From: Pavona decussata
Lineage: Eukaryota
Length of the DNA: 64,000 bases
Reading direction: 5' to 3'
NCBI GenBank assembly: GCA_977016875.1
Contig: CDRNST010000054.1
Location: 310,001-374,000 of the forward strand
Part shown: positions 11,601 to 19,576 of the stretch, piece by piece
Layout: each line of letters begins with the position of its first letter
How positions within the stretch are numbered: the first letter of the stretch is position 1
Program-made: the position numbers and the translations under genes
The notes under the pieces: model-generated
What the model saw: only the letters and a program-made list of their open reading frames with translations
Database searches by the model: none
What the model was told of the DNA's origin: nothing

Positions 11601-14600
11601 ATCGGAAGTGAAATTTGACACTTTTATACCCCTCAAATGCGGGGAAGAAAAATTGATAATGAATTTTTTTCAATTTTCATGCAAGAACAACATGAAGATT
11701 TGATCATTTAAATGAAAAAATATTCTATCATATACACTTTAGATCTGGCTGCTCCTCTCAAACCTTCGGGTAGTTAACCCATTATGAACTCTGCTAATTC
11801 TAATTTATATTCCACTGTACCGTTTGCGACAAACAAACAAAATGTTTGGCAGGGATGAAACAGCTTTGTTTCGGGCATGAAGCTGATCAAGGGATGGTAT
11901 ATCTAGAAGCTGCTCTGGCAAGCCAAGGATGAAATGTTCATTATAGATTCTATGGTCAGTTTTCAAGTTATTTTGAGGGCATTGATTTGTCAATTTTTGT
12001 GAGCGCATGGGTGTGCACTACTACTTGAGGGTCAAAAAAACTTGTCTTTACCTCTTCACCTAGCATATAAATGGCACTGTCGATTATCAGGGAAAGGCGC
12101 CAAATTAAGAGCAGTATCCCGTGGGATGGAATGGCATCTCATCCACCATCCTGGGGGGCGGGAGTAGGGTGTACACTCATATGATGCTTTATGGCACATG
12201 TGATCAATATGGGCCTTTTCTCTCACTTCTATGCTTACTGACAGGTTCACTGGAAAAGGGCATAAGTGTGGAATTGGCCTAAGATTGATTCATACATGTT
12301 ATGTTTGCTTTTATTTGGCATGGAGACTGGTTATCACATTAGAAATGTTGTTCCTTGTTTATTTTGTGATCTAAAGGCTTGAATTTGACAAATTAGGTTG
12401 TGACTTTTGCAAAGAAACGACTACAGAAAATAAAGTAATAACAAAACCCACTTTTTCAGGTTTATAAAAGAAAAAAAGAAATCACTCTCTCTTTAAAAAG
12501 AATTAAAAAGTTGACACTGGCTAAAAATATATATACTGGACGTTTCGGCCACTACTGTTGCCTTCTTCAGCAAAGATAAAAATGCAAATATCTAACGGCG
12601 TCTTGCTTGGAATATGTACACAATGTGTGATAAATAAATAAGTCACGCCTCGACAGAATTTCAAAGTGTGACAGTGGTCTCTAGAGTATTGTAAAGACTA
12701 AAAACTCTTAATGTTATTTTTTATACGTTTGGTAGCGCTATATGTTCATTTATAGAGTTTCTATCGCGCAGGGAATGCCAAGCTTCAAGAATTAGTCTTT
12801 GTCGCCACGTCGATGACCTGTCAATGATTCCAACATTCTCCAAAGATCCGCACCTTGTCAGAATATCCTGACGAGATCCTAGTATCTTTTGACGTCGTAT
12901 CACTGTTTACTTGCATTCCGACCCACCTTGCCATCGAAGTTGGTAAAGAGAGACTGGACTTCGACCAAACACTACTGGAGAGAACCAACTTATCTATCCC
13001 AAATATTGTGACACTTCTACATTTTGTCCTTGACAACAATTTCTTTGTATTTCAAGGCAGCCATTTCCAACAAATTTTCGGTTGTCCGATGGGATCCCCA
13101 GTCAGCGCCATCTTACCCAACCTCGTCATGGAACATGTCGAAGAGAAGGCTCTCTCATCGGCCCCTTACCCTCCTAAATGGTGGTTTAGGTACGTAGATG
13201 ACAGCCATGTGTGTGTAAAAAGGGAACACGTGGATGAATTCCACGCACATCTCAATTCCATCAACCCTCACATCAAATTTACAATCGAGATACAATCTGA
13301 AGGTTCCATTGCCTTTCTCGACACCAAAACAACCAGACAAGAAGATGGCTCGATCAATGTATCTGTCTACATGAAAGCGACTAACACCGACCGTTACCTT
13401 GATTTCAAATCACACCACCATTCCCAACATAAACACTCGGTCACACCCACCCTTATGGATCGCGCAAAGAACATTCCTTCCACCGAGGAGGAAGTCACAA
13501 GGGAAACCAAGCAAGTAGCAAAAGCCCTTGCTGCTAATAACTACCCTTTTAACTTCATTCACAGCGGCTGCCAACCGAATAGACAACAACAAATGAATGA
13601 TACCGACCAGCGTGGATTTGTTATCCTGCCCTACGCCAAAGGTTTTTCCGAGAGAATTGCAAAAGTTCTTCGAGATTTCAACATCAATGTTGCCCATAAG
13701 CCTATTTGCACCATCTCTAACATACTCAAAAAGCCAAAAGACAAGATCGAGAAAGAGGCTTCCAGAGGAGTCGTATACAAGATCAAGTGTAAAGACTGTG
13801 ATTCTGTTTACGTTGGTCAGACATCACGTGCACTGAAAACATGCGTGAAAGAACATACAAAGGCATAGCAACATTGGACAAAAACTCTTTGTTAGCCAAA
13901 CACCATGTTTTTCACGGTCACCAAATAGATTTGGAGACTGTTGAAATCGTTGACAGGTCATCAACGTGGCGACTAAGACTAATTCTTGAAGCTTGGCATT
14001 CCGTGCGCGATAGAAACTCTATAAATGAGCAACGTATACAATAACATTAAGAGTTTTTAGTCTTTACAATGCTCTAGAGACCACTGTTACACTTTGAAAT
14101 TCCGTCAAGGTGTGATTTATTTATTTATCACACATCGTGTACATATTCCAAGCAGGACGCCATTAGATATTTGCATTTTTATCTTTGCTGAAGAAGGCAA
14201 CAGTAGTGGCCGAAACGTCCAGTATATATGTATATTTTTAGCCAGTGTCAACTTTTTAATTCTTTTTAACATGCCTGGCTACACACCCAACATTTTTAAC
14301 TTCACTCTCTCTTTACTTTAATTGGTTTAGTTTATAGGTAAAAGTTGTAAGGTCATTCGTAGAATTTTGTAGGAGTCTCAAGATTCCAGCCTTTAGATCC
14401 CGAAATAAACACAATCTTCTGACATGGTAACCAAGCTAGAACATATGTTGGGAAATTTTAATTGTAAGACCAATCTTCACTGACGCCCTTTTTGCAGCAA
14501 ACCCTTCTGTTGCGTGTCAAGAAATCTGTATTAAGCTGTCTTAAATGGCGGTTTTATGGCATCTTTCAACGTGCATGCGTACTGTTAAGGACCAGCTTAT

Positions 14601-15745
14601 CACTGTGGAATTCTGTAGCAAATCTGAGGAATAATCTGATGAATACAGTTTGTGGATACTACCTTCTAATTATTGGCTATGTTCTACTTAACATACGTTG
14701 CATAATAATATATTATTTTTATTATTAAATTACAGTTATTATACTGCCTCTTAATTCCACCTTGAAAACAGGTTGAAAGAATCAAAGAGCGAGTTGAGGA
14801 GAAGGAAGGAATACCCCCACCACAACAAAGGTCAGAGCAGCACACTCATAAGAGATTATATTCATTCATTCATGTTTTTATGGACTCAGTAAGACATTTT
14901 AAGGGTTCAACAAACATGAGTCTGACTACTGGTAAATTAGCATATGTCAAGTAGCTGTTTTAAATATCTGGAACACTGTGTTCTAACCACTGTGTTCTAA
15001 CCAAGTAATAATTTTTTCTAAGTGTCAGTATCATTATAATATTTGACAAGGTAAACTGTAATGTTGTTGTTGCATTTAGCAGCCCAGATGATTGTGAATC
15101 TGAATTTTTTCTTCTTCCAACCTACATTATTTTCTGGCAGTGCTGTTTTGTGCTCCTCTTCCACAATTTTGTGTACAAGAAACAACATGAAAGCAAATCT
15201 CCATAAAAAAAAAGCAACAACAACAGAATTTCCCACTTTACAATCAGCATTTGTTCACAATAATTTTTTTATATAATTGTTAAAAAAATTATATACATTC
15301 AGGTACATTATTTATATTTGAAAATTTGTCAGGTGTAGCTTGTATCACATAGTTATTTTAACTCAAACTGTAGATTGAAACCAGCAGTGTGTTTTCAAAT
15401 CTTTTAAAAGGTTGTCTGGCATCATTATTTTGGATGTTTATAAATGAAAATAAAATGTAATAATTATTGAGTGTTATTGTATTGTCTGTCCCTAACATGT
15501 TGGATGTTTTAATGGATTTCAGGTTGATATTCAGTGGAAAGCAAATGTAAGTATACTTGTAGCAATTCATCCTGAAGCTAACACAACATCTGCTGAAACA
15601 AGTAAACTTATTTTGCCACAGGAATGATGACAAAACTGCTCAAGACTACAAGATTCAAGGGGGATCTGTTCTTCATCTTGTACTCGCCCTAAGAGGTGGC
15701 TTGTTGGTTGTAACTGTGGAATTGTATGCCAATGTATCTATGTAA
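2440..15745 (+). CDS. NEDD8: NEDD8 precursor, 90 aa; join(2440..2457,2546..2563,10414..10443,14772..14830,15523..15546,15622..15745)
   Basis: All introns are GT-AG. Spliced product: [90 protein letters not shown], nearly identical to animal NEDD8. An upstream 5'UTR intron is likely (donor GTAAGT 2333, acceptor TTTCAG 2437). AATAAA near 15803 and 15904. Confidence 0.97.
3356..4216 (+). CDS. LINE ORF1p (coiled coil plus L1-type RNA-binding domain), 286 aa
   Basis: Heptad-rich N-terminal half, then [23 protein letters not shown] and RPRPILARF motifs typical of L1/Tx1 ORF1. Confidence 0.9.
   Translation: MSKTSKAKEKKRLRSSNSSTGEVVDDSQIIEKLISIQDRIENGFTKINEEIAALKLELKNDIKTVREDLNEATKSLNAVWEEVTLLQEKNKTLQQQLDSTTEENAKLKEDLEAVRVRMVKQEDYSRRENLRFYNIPESAQETNEECIQKVKQVLSDLGAPSDIKFHAIHRTGKPNTNSGASSTSEGEPRPRPILARFVSRMDSESIWFKRKELRKSSRFATVSIDKDLSPESARERAKLRVAYRKAKELNIEKVFIKGKNLIINSSKYSVNTLPEYLVAHQDGSNN
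4733..8542 (+). CDS. LINE ORF2p: APE endonuclease + reverse transcriptase + C-terminal Cys/His knuckle
   Basis: The frame is open from 4733 and includes KLLSLNVRG upstream of the ORF-track start. Motifs: [80 protein letters not shown]. No internal stops; no in-frame ATG at the start. Confidence 0.95.
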   Translation, partial: HIDYIFASSKENVNFKLLSLNVRGIRSPEKRRALFVWLKKQKADIIFLQETYSSKDIENIWRTQWSGKMFFAHGTNHSCGVMTLIRKDLDFEDESCLCDPAGRFIILNATVQGVKYIFANIYAPNKVRDQCTYFKDLQERLDGIISSPEQKVVIGGDFNVTFDSNLDCLGGSPAQKESVKVLEEICFDMDLVDIWRIRNPDGRLFTWKQTRPLIQRRLDFWLISDICQDEVEQVKIIPSIKSDHSAITLLFNGIEEQRHGPSHWKFNSNLTKDEEYIKLITDSVPAWIEEFKDVNDKRVLWDLIKYRIRQVSLKYSKEKARLRKAKILEIETSLTFYQKKCAANPSTENFEQLEILKSKYDAHFDYLSKGTIIRSRASWYEKGEKNTKYFLSLESHKKAKSCVRKVFTKNGTLSSDPKIIMNELEDFYTVLYDSEGNVPDCANLFLRHPEIPKLSSEKAATCEGKLTVEECLQSLQSFKENKSPGNDGLTVEFYKTFWGILGKLLVESLNCAFDYGELSNSQKQAIITLIEKKGKDRRQISNWRPISLINLDTKIGSKAIARRLQKVIPDIVHYNQNAYVKGKSIFDAVRAIDDILEFTEREKIQGLMVAIDFKKAFDSINRNFMLETLSAFNFGPTFMRWIRTFYQNITSSVMNNGFSTGPFNIRRGVRQGDPLSPYLFIICLETLAITVRGNKNIQGILVGKEEIKLEMFADDVTAFLRNIRSLEVLLHTADLFNKCSGLEINFEKTECMFLGNHVSSMAATVISSKNICVKHTIKILGVYFTYNDSQRKKLNFDEILRSIKEKLQMWKWRDLTILGRIQIVKTFVIPIFMYRAGLICVQKDIVTEVNKLLFKFIWKGKDKVKRLSLISDLDKGGLKAPHLESIIKSQRIMCCKKFAENQQSNWKIILSHYMKNVGSKLILRCAFDLKKLCIQLPKYYEECFRCFAEYSVANKLTEQALCQEIHNTVIWNNKFICIQGKSVFYEALFEKGIITLEDLKTDGNDVITGFQIMASASFTPKEKFQLMAIIDAIPTQWRHHLKICNNYESNSSVPNIAQLHLNGHNIRLDKAISKNINKEARSKVEIIPTAQSKYSEKYNYQLDWQEIYCIPFRVTVDSKSREFQFKVLHRYLATNEFLHKIGLVSSCLCTFCKRESETIEHLLIECDYSNKFWQDLIKWLNMIDIKVEALSEIDKIFGIWKRQVDFHLLNHFLILAKQHIYSCRNKGYPPSLRTYLAKVSLIYQIETTIAESNGKRAFHDAKWKKFLLK
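9318..9655 (+). mobile_element. Diverged partial copy of the 3049-9131 MITE family
   Basis: Shares AATAACAGTGTTTGTATGGAAATC, GCTTCTGAACAATTCATGAATTGGAAACTTT and GTAGCTGTGC...CCATACATTTGTCTGTAA. It shows the uninterrupted junction GCTAGGCAAAGGATTTTA. Confidence 0.8.
10750..11000 (+). pseudogene. Decayed RecQ-like SF2 helicase fragment (probably from an AcademH-type DNA transposon)
   Basis: 10848-10904 translates [19 protein letters not shown] (RecQ motif Ia). It is preceded by DIMVI..FGKHLIF (degenerate Walker A) and followed by IVLYCTAEK (motif Ib-like). Frameshifted. Confidence 0.55.
12536..12573 (-). ncRNA. Second copy of the hammerhead motif in the inverted pLTR
   Basis: GGACGTTTCGGCCACTACTGTTGCCTTCTTCAGC is the exact reverse complement of the 14187-14220 motif. 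Confidence 0.7.
12855..14044 (+). pseudogene. Penelope RT + GIY-YIG endonuclease, truncated and frameshifted
   Basis: [47 protein letters not shown], then a frameshift to [10 protein letters not shown]...RLILEAWH. Confidence 0.92.
14185..14223 (+). ncRNA. Minimal type I hammerhead ribozyme motif of the Penelope pLTR
   Basis: CTGAAGA-A-GGC(aacagtagtg)GCC-GAAAC-GTC: core CUGANGA/GAAA, 3-bp stem II, palindromic ACGT stem III and a GUC cleavage triplet. Stem I is weak. Confidence 0.7.
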
Positions 15746-15973
15746 TTTCAATTTCCCCTGCGTTAGTTATGATGCTGTATCTTTGTTCTGTTTTTTGTGT
15801 TAAATAAAAACAAATATACAATGTACACTAGAAGATGTTACCTTGTTTTCATATAATATCTTGTAACGTATTTAATGTAGATGCTCCTGAACTTATTCAT
15901 TGCAATAAAACTTTATACTTTGCATACTTAAAGTAATAAAGTAATGTTTTAATTTATATGGCCTGTTCAGTTT

Positions 15974-16111
15974 TAGAATGCTTGCAGTCCCCCTTTTCTC
16001 TTAAGATCTGTTGAGTGTTAAGTCTAGTACCACTCCTCCTAATCCCATTTTTAGCTGCATGTTTATACCACTACACAAACTTTGAGAGAGACACAGACTG
16101 CAAGCAGTCTA
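15974..16111. mobile_element. MITE with TAG..CTA ends and 9-bp TSD (AcademH-like)
   Basis: TAGAATGCTTGCAGTC...GACTGCAAGCAGTCTA; flanks GTTCAGTTT / GCTCAGTTT. Confidence 0.7.
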
Positions 16112-16789
16112 GCTCAGTTTTGTCATCAAATATTCTATATTTTCTTTTTTGATGTTTGTGAGACCAGTATTATTTAGGGGCTGGGCCCGCTGTCATTTAT
16201 CAAGAAGTTAGCGGTTCAAGTCCCCTGGGAGTTTACAACTGATCGACCAAGTGAATCCAGTCCATTCTAATGAGACTGGGCAATTTGCGAGTTGTCGAGT
16301 TGCCAGACCTAAAAAATGAAACTTTCTAGTCAAGATAACATTATATAAAAGTTATGGATCGCATTTCAGAAAACCAGGGACCGAGTGACATTTCCCCCAC
16401 ATTACGATAACTCATTCATTGCCCATGCGCGCATTCGCGAGTTAAAACGCAATAACCCCTGGGTGGGTCTTTTGTCTTTCATTGACTTCAGTTATGATAT
16501 ATCTGCTTCGTTGCACCCAGAGGGTTACGTTTTTGGATAAAAGAATTGTTAGAGATCTATATCATTGTTTTATAAATCTCACAGAGGCAAAACATTGGAA
16601 AAATCCGACTAGTTTTATTTTGATACCTTTTAAGGGCAATATTATCTAAAAGCTACGGCCTTGTCCGTAAAATGTACTTTTAAATATGGCAGTACCCAAG
16701 GCTAGGCTTTATTAGTTCAAGGACGATGCCTCCTTTTGCTTTTTTCTTCTACGTTCTGAAATTTCAAAGTTATTCTGTCTATAAACCAT

Positions 16790-18700
16790 TAATTTGCCTC
16801 CATCAAAATTGATGATTCTTGCAAATCGCTCGGCGGTAATGAAAAATAATGATAGTTAAATGTATAACTAGACAAAAGTATAAATTTAAGGTGGATTAAA
16901 AACGCCGGGAGGGAAGGGTCATTTACCGCCTCGTTAAATAAGAAGTTCCATTCTCTTACTGTTCTGGGAAAATATGAAACTTTATAGTAGTCAGTATGGG
17001 CGAATGGGACCTCGTAAGCTATATCATTAACATGTCGTCCCACTCGATCCAGAGGTTTCAAATACTTCACAGTCTCAATCCCAGTTTGCCAATGGTGAAT
17101 TTTGTAGAAGATGGACAGTCTATTTCTTTCTCTTCTTTCTTCGAGTGTATCACACTGCAGTGGAATACCCTGAAGCATTTCACTAACACTGGATGCGTTG
17201 TTATATTGGTTTAAGACATATCGAGCGGCGCGTCTCTGTACCATTTCTAGCTTCTTTACATTTCCTTTCGTATAAGGATCCCATGCCCCTGAAGAGTATT
17301 CTAGTAATGGGCGAACCAAGCTCTTATAAGCCACGGATTTGAGGCTAAGTGAATTAATTCTCAAGTTCCTTCTCAAACAAAAGATTTCCGATCCTTATGT
17401 GTAATTTTTTGCAATATGTCGATCCCACCTAAGGTCTGAGGTGAGGGTAACTCCTAGGTACTTTACCGAGTTTATGGTTTCGACAACTTTGTCATGTAGG
17501 GTGTAGTTATGAATTACTGGATTCTGCTTACGAGTGCCCCGTAGGACATAGCATTTGTCAACGTTTAACTCCATGAGCCATTGCTCCTCCCACGGTTCTA
17601 ATTTTCTCAGATCATTCTGGAGAGTCTCAGTGTCACCCGGTGATCGTATAGTTAGGTATAATAGGGAGTCATCCGCGAAAAGGCGGACAGTTGAAATTAA
17701 TGTCTCTGGTAAGTCATTGATGTATAGTAAAAAATGTCATGGGCCCAAGACTGAGCCTTGATGGACTCTTGAGTTAACATATGACAACTCGTTAGGTTCG
17801 ATTTGAAAGAAAAGCTTGTATCCAGCGATTTGTTTTCCCCCGAACACCATAGTGGTCTAACTTTAAGAGAAGCCTTTGGTAACCAGCTTTGTAAAATGCT
17901 TTGGTGAAAGTCCGTTTGACCTCCACTTTGCATCTGATCATTTGCTAAGTCATTGACTAACTCCACTAGTTGTGTTTCACAGGATTGGCCCTCTCTGAAG
18001 CCGTGTTGTAAAAGATATAAGATGTTGTGATCGTTTACGTGCATCATAATATTACTGGTCAGAACATGTTCCATTGGCTTACATGCTATACAGGTTAGGG
18101 ATATTGGTCTGTAATTTGCTGTATCAGACCTCTTTCCTTTCTTAAAGACGGGGGTAATATTTGCAGTTTTCCAGTCTTCAGGCACTTCTCCGTCGTCATA
18201 TGACTTCTTAAATATGCAGACAGCCGTCAACATTAAGGGAACTGAAACAAATGTGATGGTATATTTCCAGCCTGGTGAATGAATGAGAATGATGATTATT
18301 CTAGAAAGTGACGCAGGCATACTCGGAAAAAAGAAATCCGAGTGCTCCTATCAGGAGTCGAACCTAAGACCTTCCGATTACTATGCTCTACCACTGAGCT
18401 ACAGGAGACTCGTGGGAGCTAAGGCCATTAAACTAGGTTCATGGGACAAACATCCTGCATACTGCTAGGATTTGAATGTCGAACGTGTGGTAAATGAAAC
18501 AAATGTGATGGTATATTTCCAGCCTGGTGAATGAATGAGAATGATGATTATTCTAGAAAGTGACGGAACTATAGGTTTGCCATTTCTTTTAATACTCTGG
18601 GCCTGACGCCTTATGGTCCTTATGGGTTTTTAGGCGTTGTAACAGTTTTAATACGTCAGACCCTGTTATTTCAATGTCAGCCATATCTGCGTATGGTGAA
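16790..18700 (-). mobile_element. Decayed CR1/jockey-group LINE RT fragment, interrupted by the 18244-18564 element
   Basis: RVLKEMAN..., VPEDWKTANITPVFKKG, NYRPISLT, QHGFREGQSCETQL, LFADD (~17670), KYLGVT, YKSLVRPLLEY, VQRRAAR; several frameshifts. Confidence 0.88.
18244..18564 (-). mobile_element. Terminally redundant tRNA-containing SINE-like element (252-bp unit, ~1.28 copies)
   Basis: Perfect 71-bp direct repeats at 18243-18313 and 18495-18565. Internal A box TAGCTCAGTGG (18391-18401) and B box GGTTCGACTCC (18354-18364) on the minus strand. TSD GGAACT at 18238-18243 and 18565-18570. Confidence 0.85.
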
Positions 18701-18964
18701 CGCCAGTTTAGGAGATCTGACGACACTGGTGTTTCTGTTGTAAATTAAAGATTGACTGGAAATTATCATTCAGCAAGTTTGCTATTTACATTGGTTTATT
18801 AAACACATCTTTACTTTTATCACAAAGTGACTTGATCCCAACAGTGTCTGTTCTACTATGCGGCTTGATGAAACGGTTCCAAAACTTTTCCTGCCAGACT
18901 GGCTATTTTTGCGCGGTTTATGACGTTAAACGGGATTTTCATTTCGTTCGTTAAAACGGGTGCA

Positions 18965-19136
18965 GTTTTTTTGGGAGAATGCAAAAACGGATTTGTGATC
19001 TCAGATCATTCGGATCATGGTGCATCAAAGGAACCGACGAATCCACTCTGGGAGTGAAGTCGTCGGTTCCTTCGTTGCACCATGATCCGAATGATTTAAG
19101 ATCACAAATCCGTTTTTGGATTCTCCCAAAAAAAAC
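18965..19136. mobile_element. Palindromic MITE
   Basis: GTTTTTTTGGGAGAATGCAAAAACGGATTTGTGATCT...AGATCACAAATCCGTTTTTGGATTCTCCCAAAAAAAAC, a near-perfect fold-back. Confidence 0.8.
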
Positions 19137-19175
19137 GTTAGAAAGCTAATTTTAAGCTAATGGCAAAGAAAAGGC

Positions 19176-19346
19176 TGGCCTGCGTAGCTGGCGGTTTTCG
19201 CGGCGGGGGAAATGGGGCGAGATCGAGAGCAACGAGTTCCTCGCGGCAAAGCCCCTCGTTGACATTCGTTGACACGGCTTCGCTACTTGATTTTGGCCCG
19301 GCTTTCCCGCGAGCCCACCAACAAAAAACGCCAGCTACGCAGGCTA
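19176..19346. mobile_element. MITE with 9-bp TSD (AcademH-like) upstream of ZFTRAF1
   Basis: TGGCCTGCGTAGCTGGCG...CGCCAGCTACGCAGGCTA; flanks AGAAAAGGC / AGAAAAAGC. Confidence 0.75.
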
Positions 19347-19576
19347 AGAAAAAGCTAAGTCAAAACTTTGAGCAGCTGGGGCCTGGGGCCTGGTGATTTC
19401 GGAGCCACGTGAAAGTCTCGTGACTTTATTATTTCCTTATTTGGAATAATTGACCTTTGTTCGACGTAATTGAGACGCAGGCGCAAACGAAGTAAACATT
19501 ACATCACCTCCGCGCATCAAAACAAATCCATCGATCGGTGTTTTTTAGGGTGTACCTTGATATCAAAAGGGGGAGT

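Larger units (their letters stand above)
12493..14301 (+). mobile_element. 5'-truncated Penelope-like element with inverted pseudo-LTR, in NEDD8 intron 3
   Basis: 12493-12844 is an inverted copy of 13930-14269. There is a ~32-nt 3' tail, and a TSD-like repeat TCACTCTCTCTTTA at 12482-12495 and 14302-14315. Confidence 0.92.

Noticed and set aside
11860-11920. [11 protein letters not shown] as an Academ/XPG-like nuclease motif
   Set aside because: Too short and degenerate to support without a search.
18244-18280. Hairpin-ribozyme-like string GAAACA-N9-GTATATT...CTGGT
   Set aside because: It resembles loop B, but the upstream helix-3 strand is absent, helix 4 pairs poorly and no loop A was found.
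18345-18408. Genuine tRNA gene
   Set aside because: The anticodon arm is shortened and the module is embedded in a TSD-flanked repeat.
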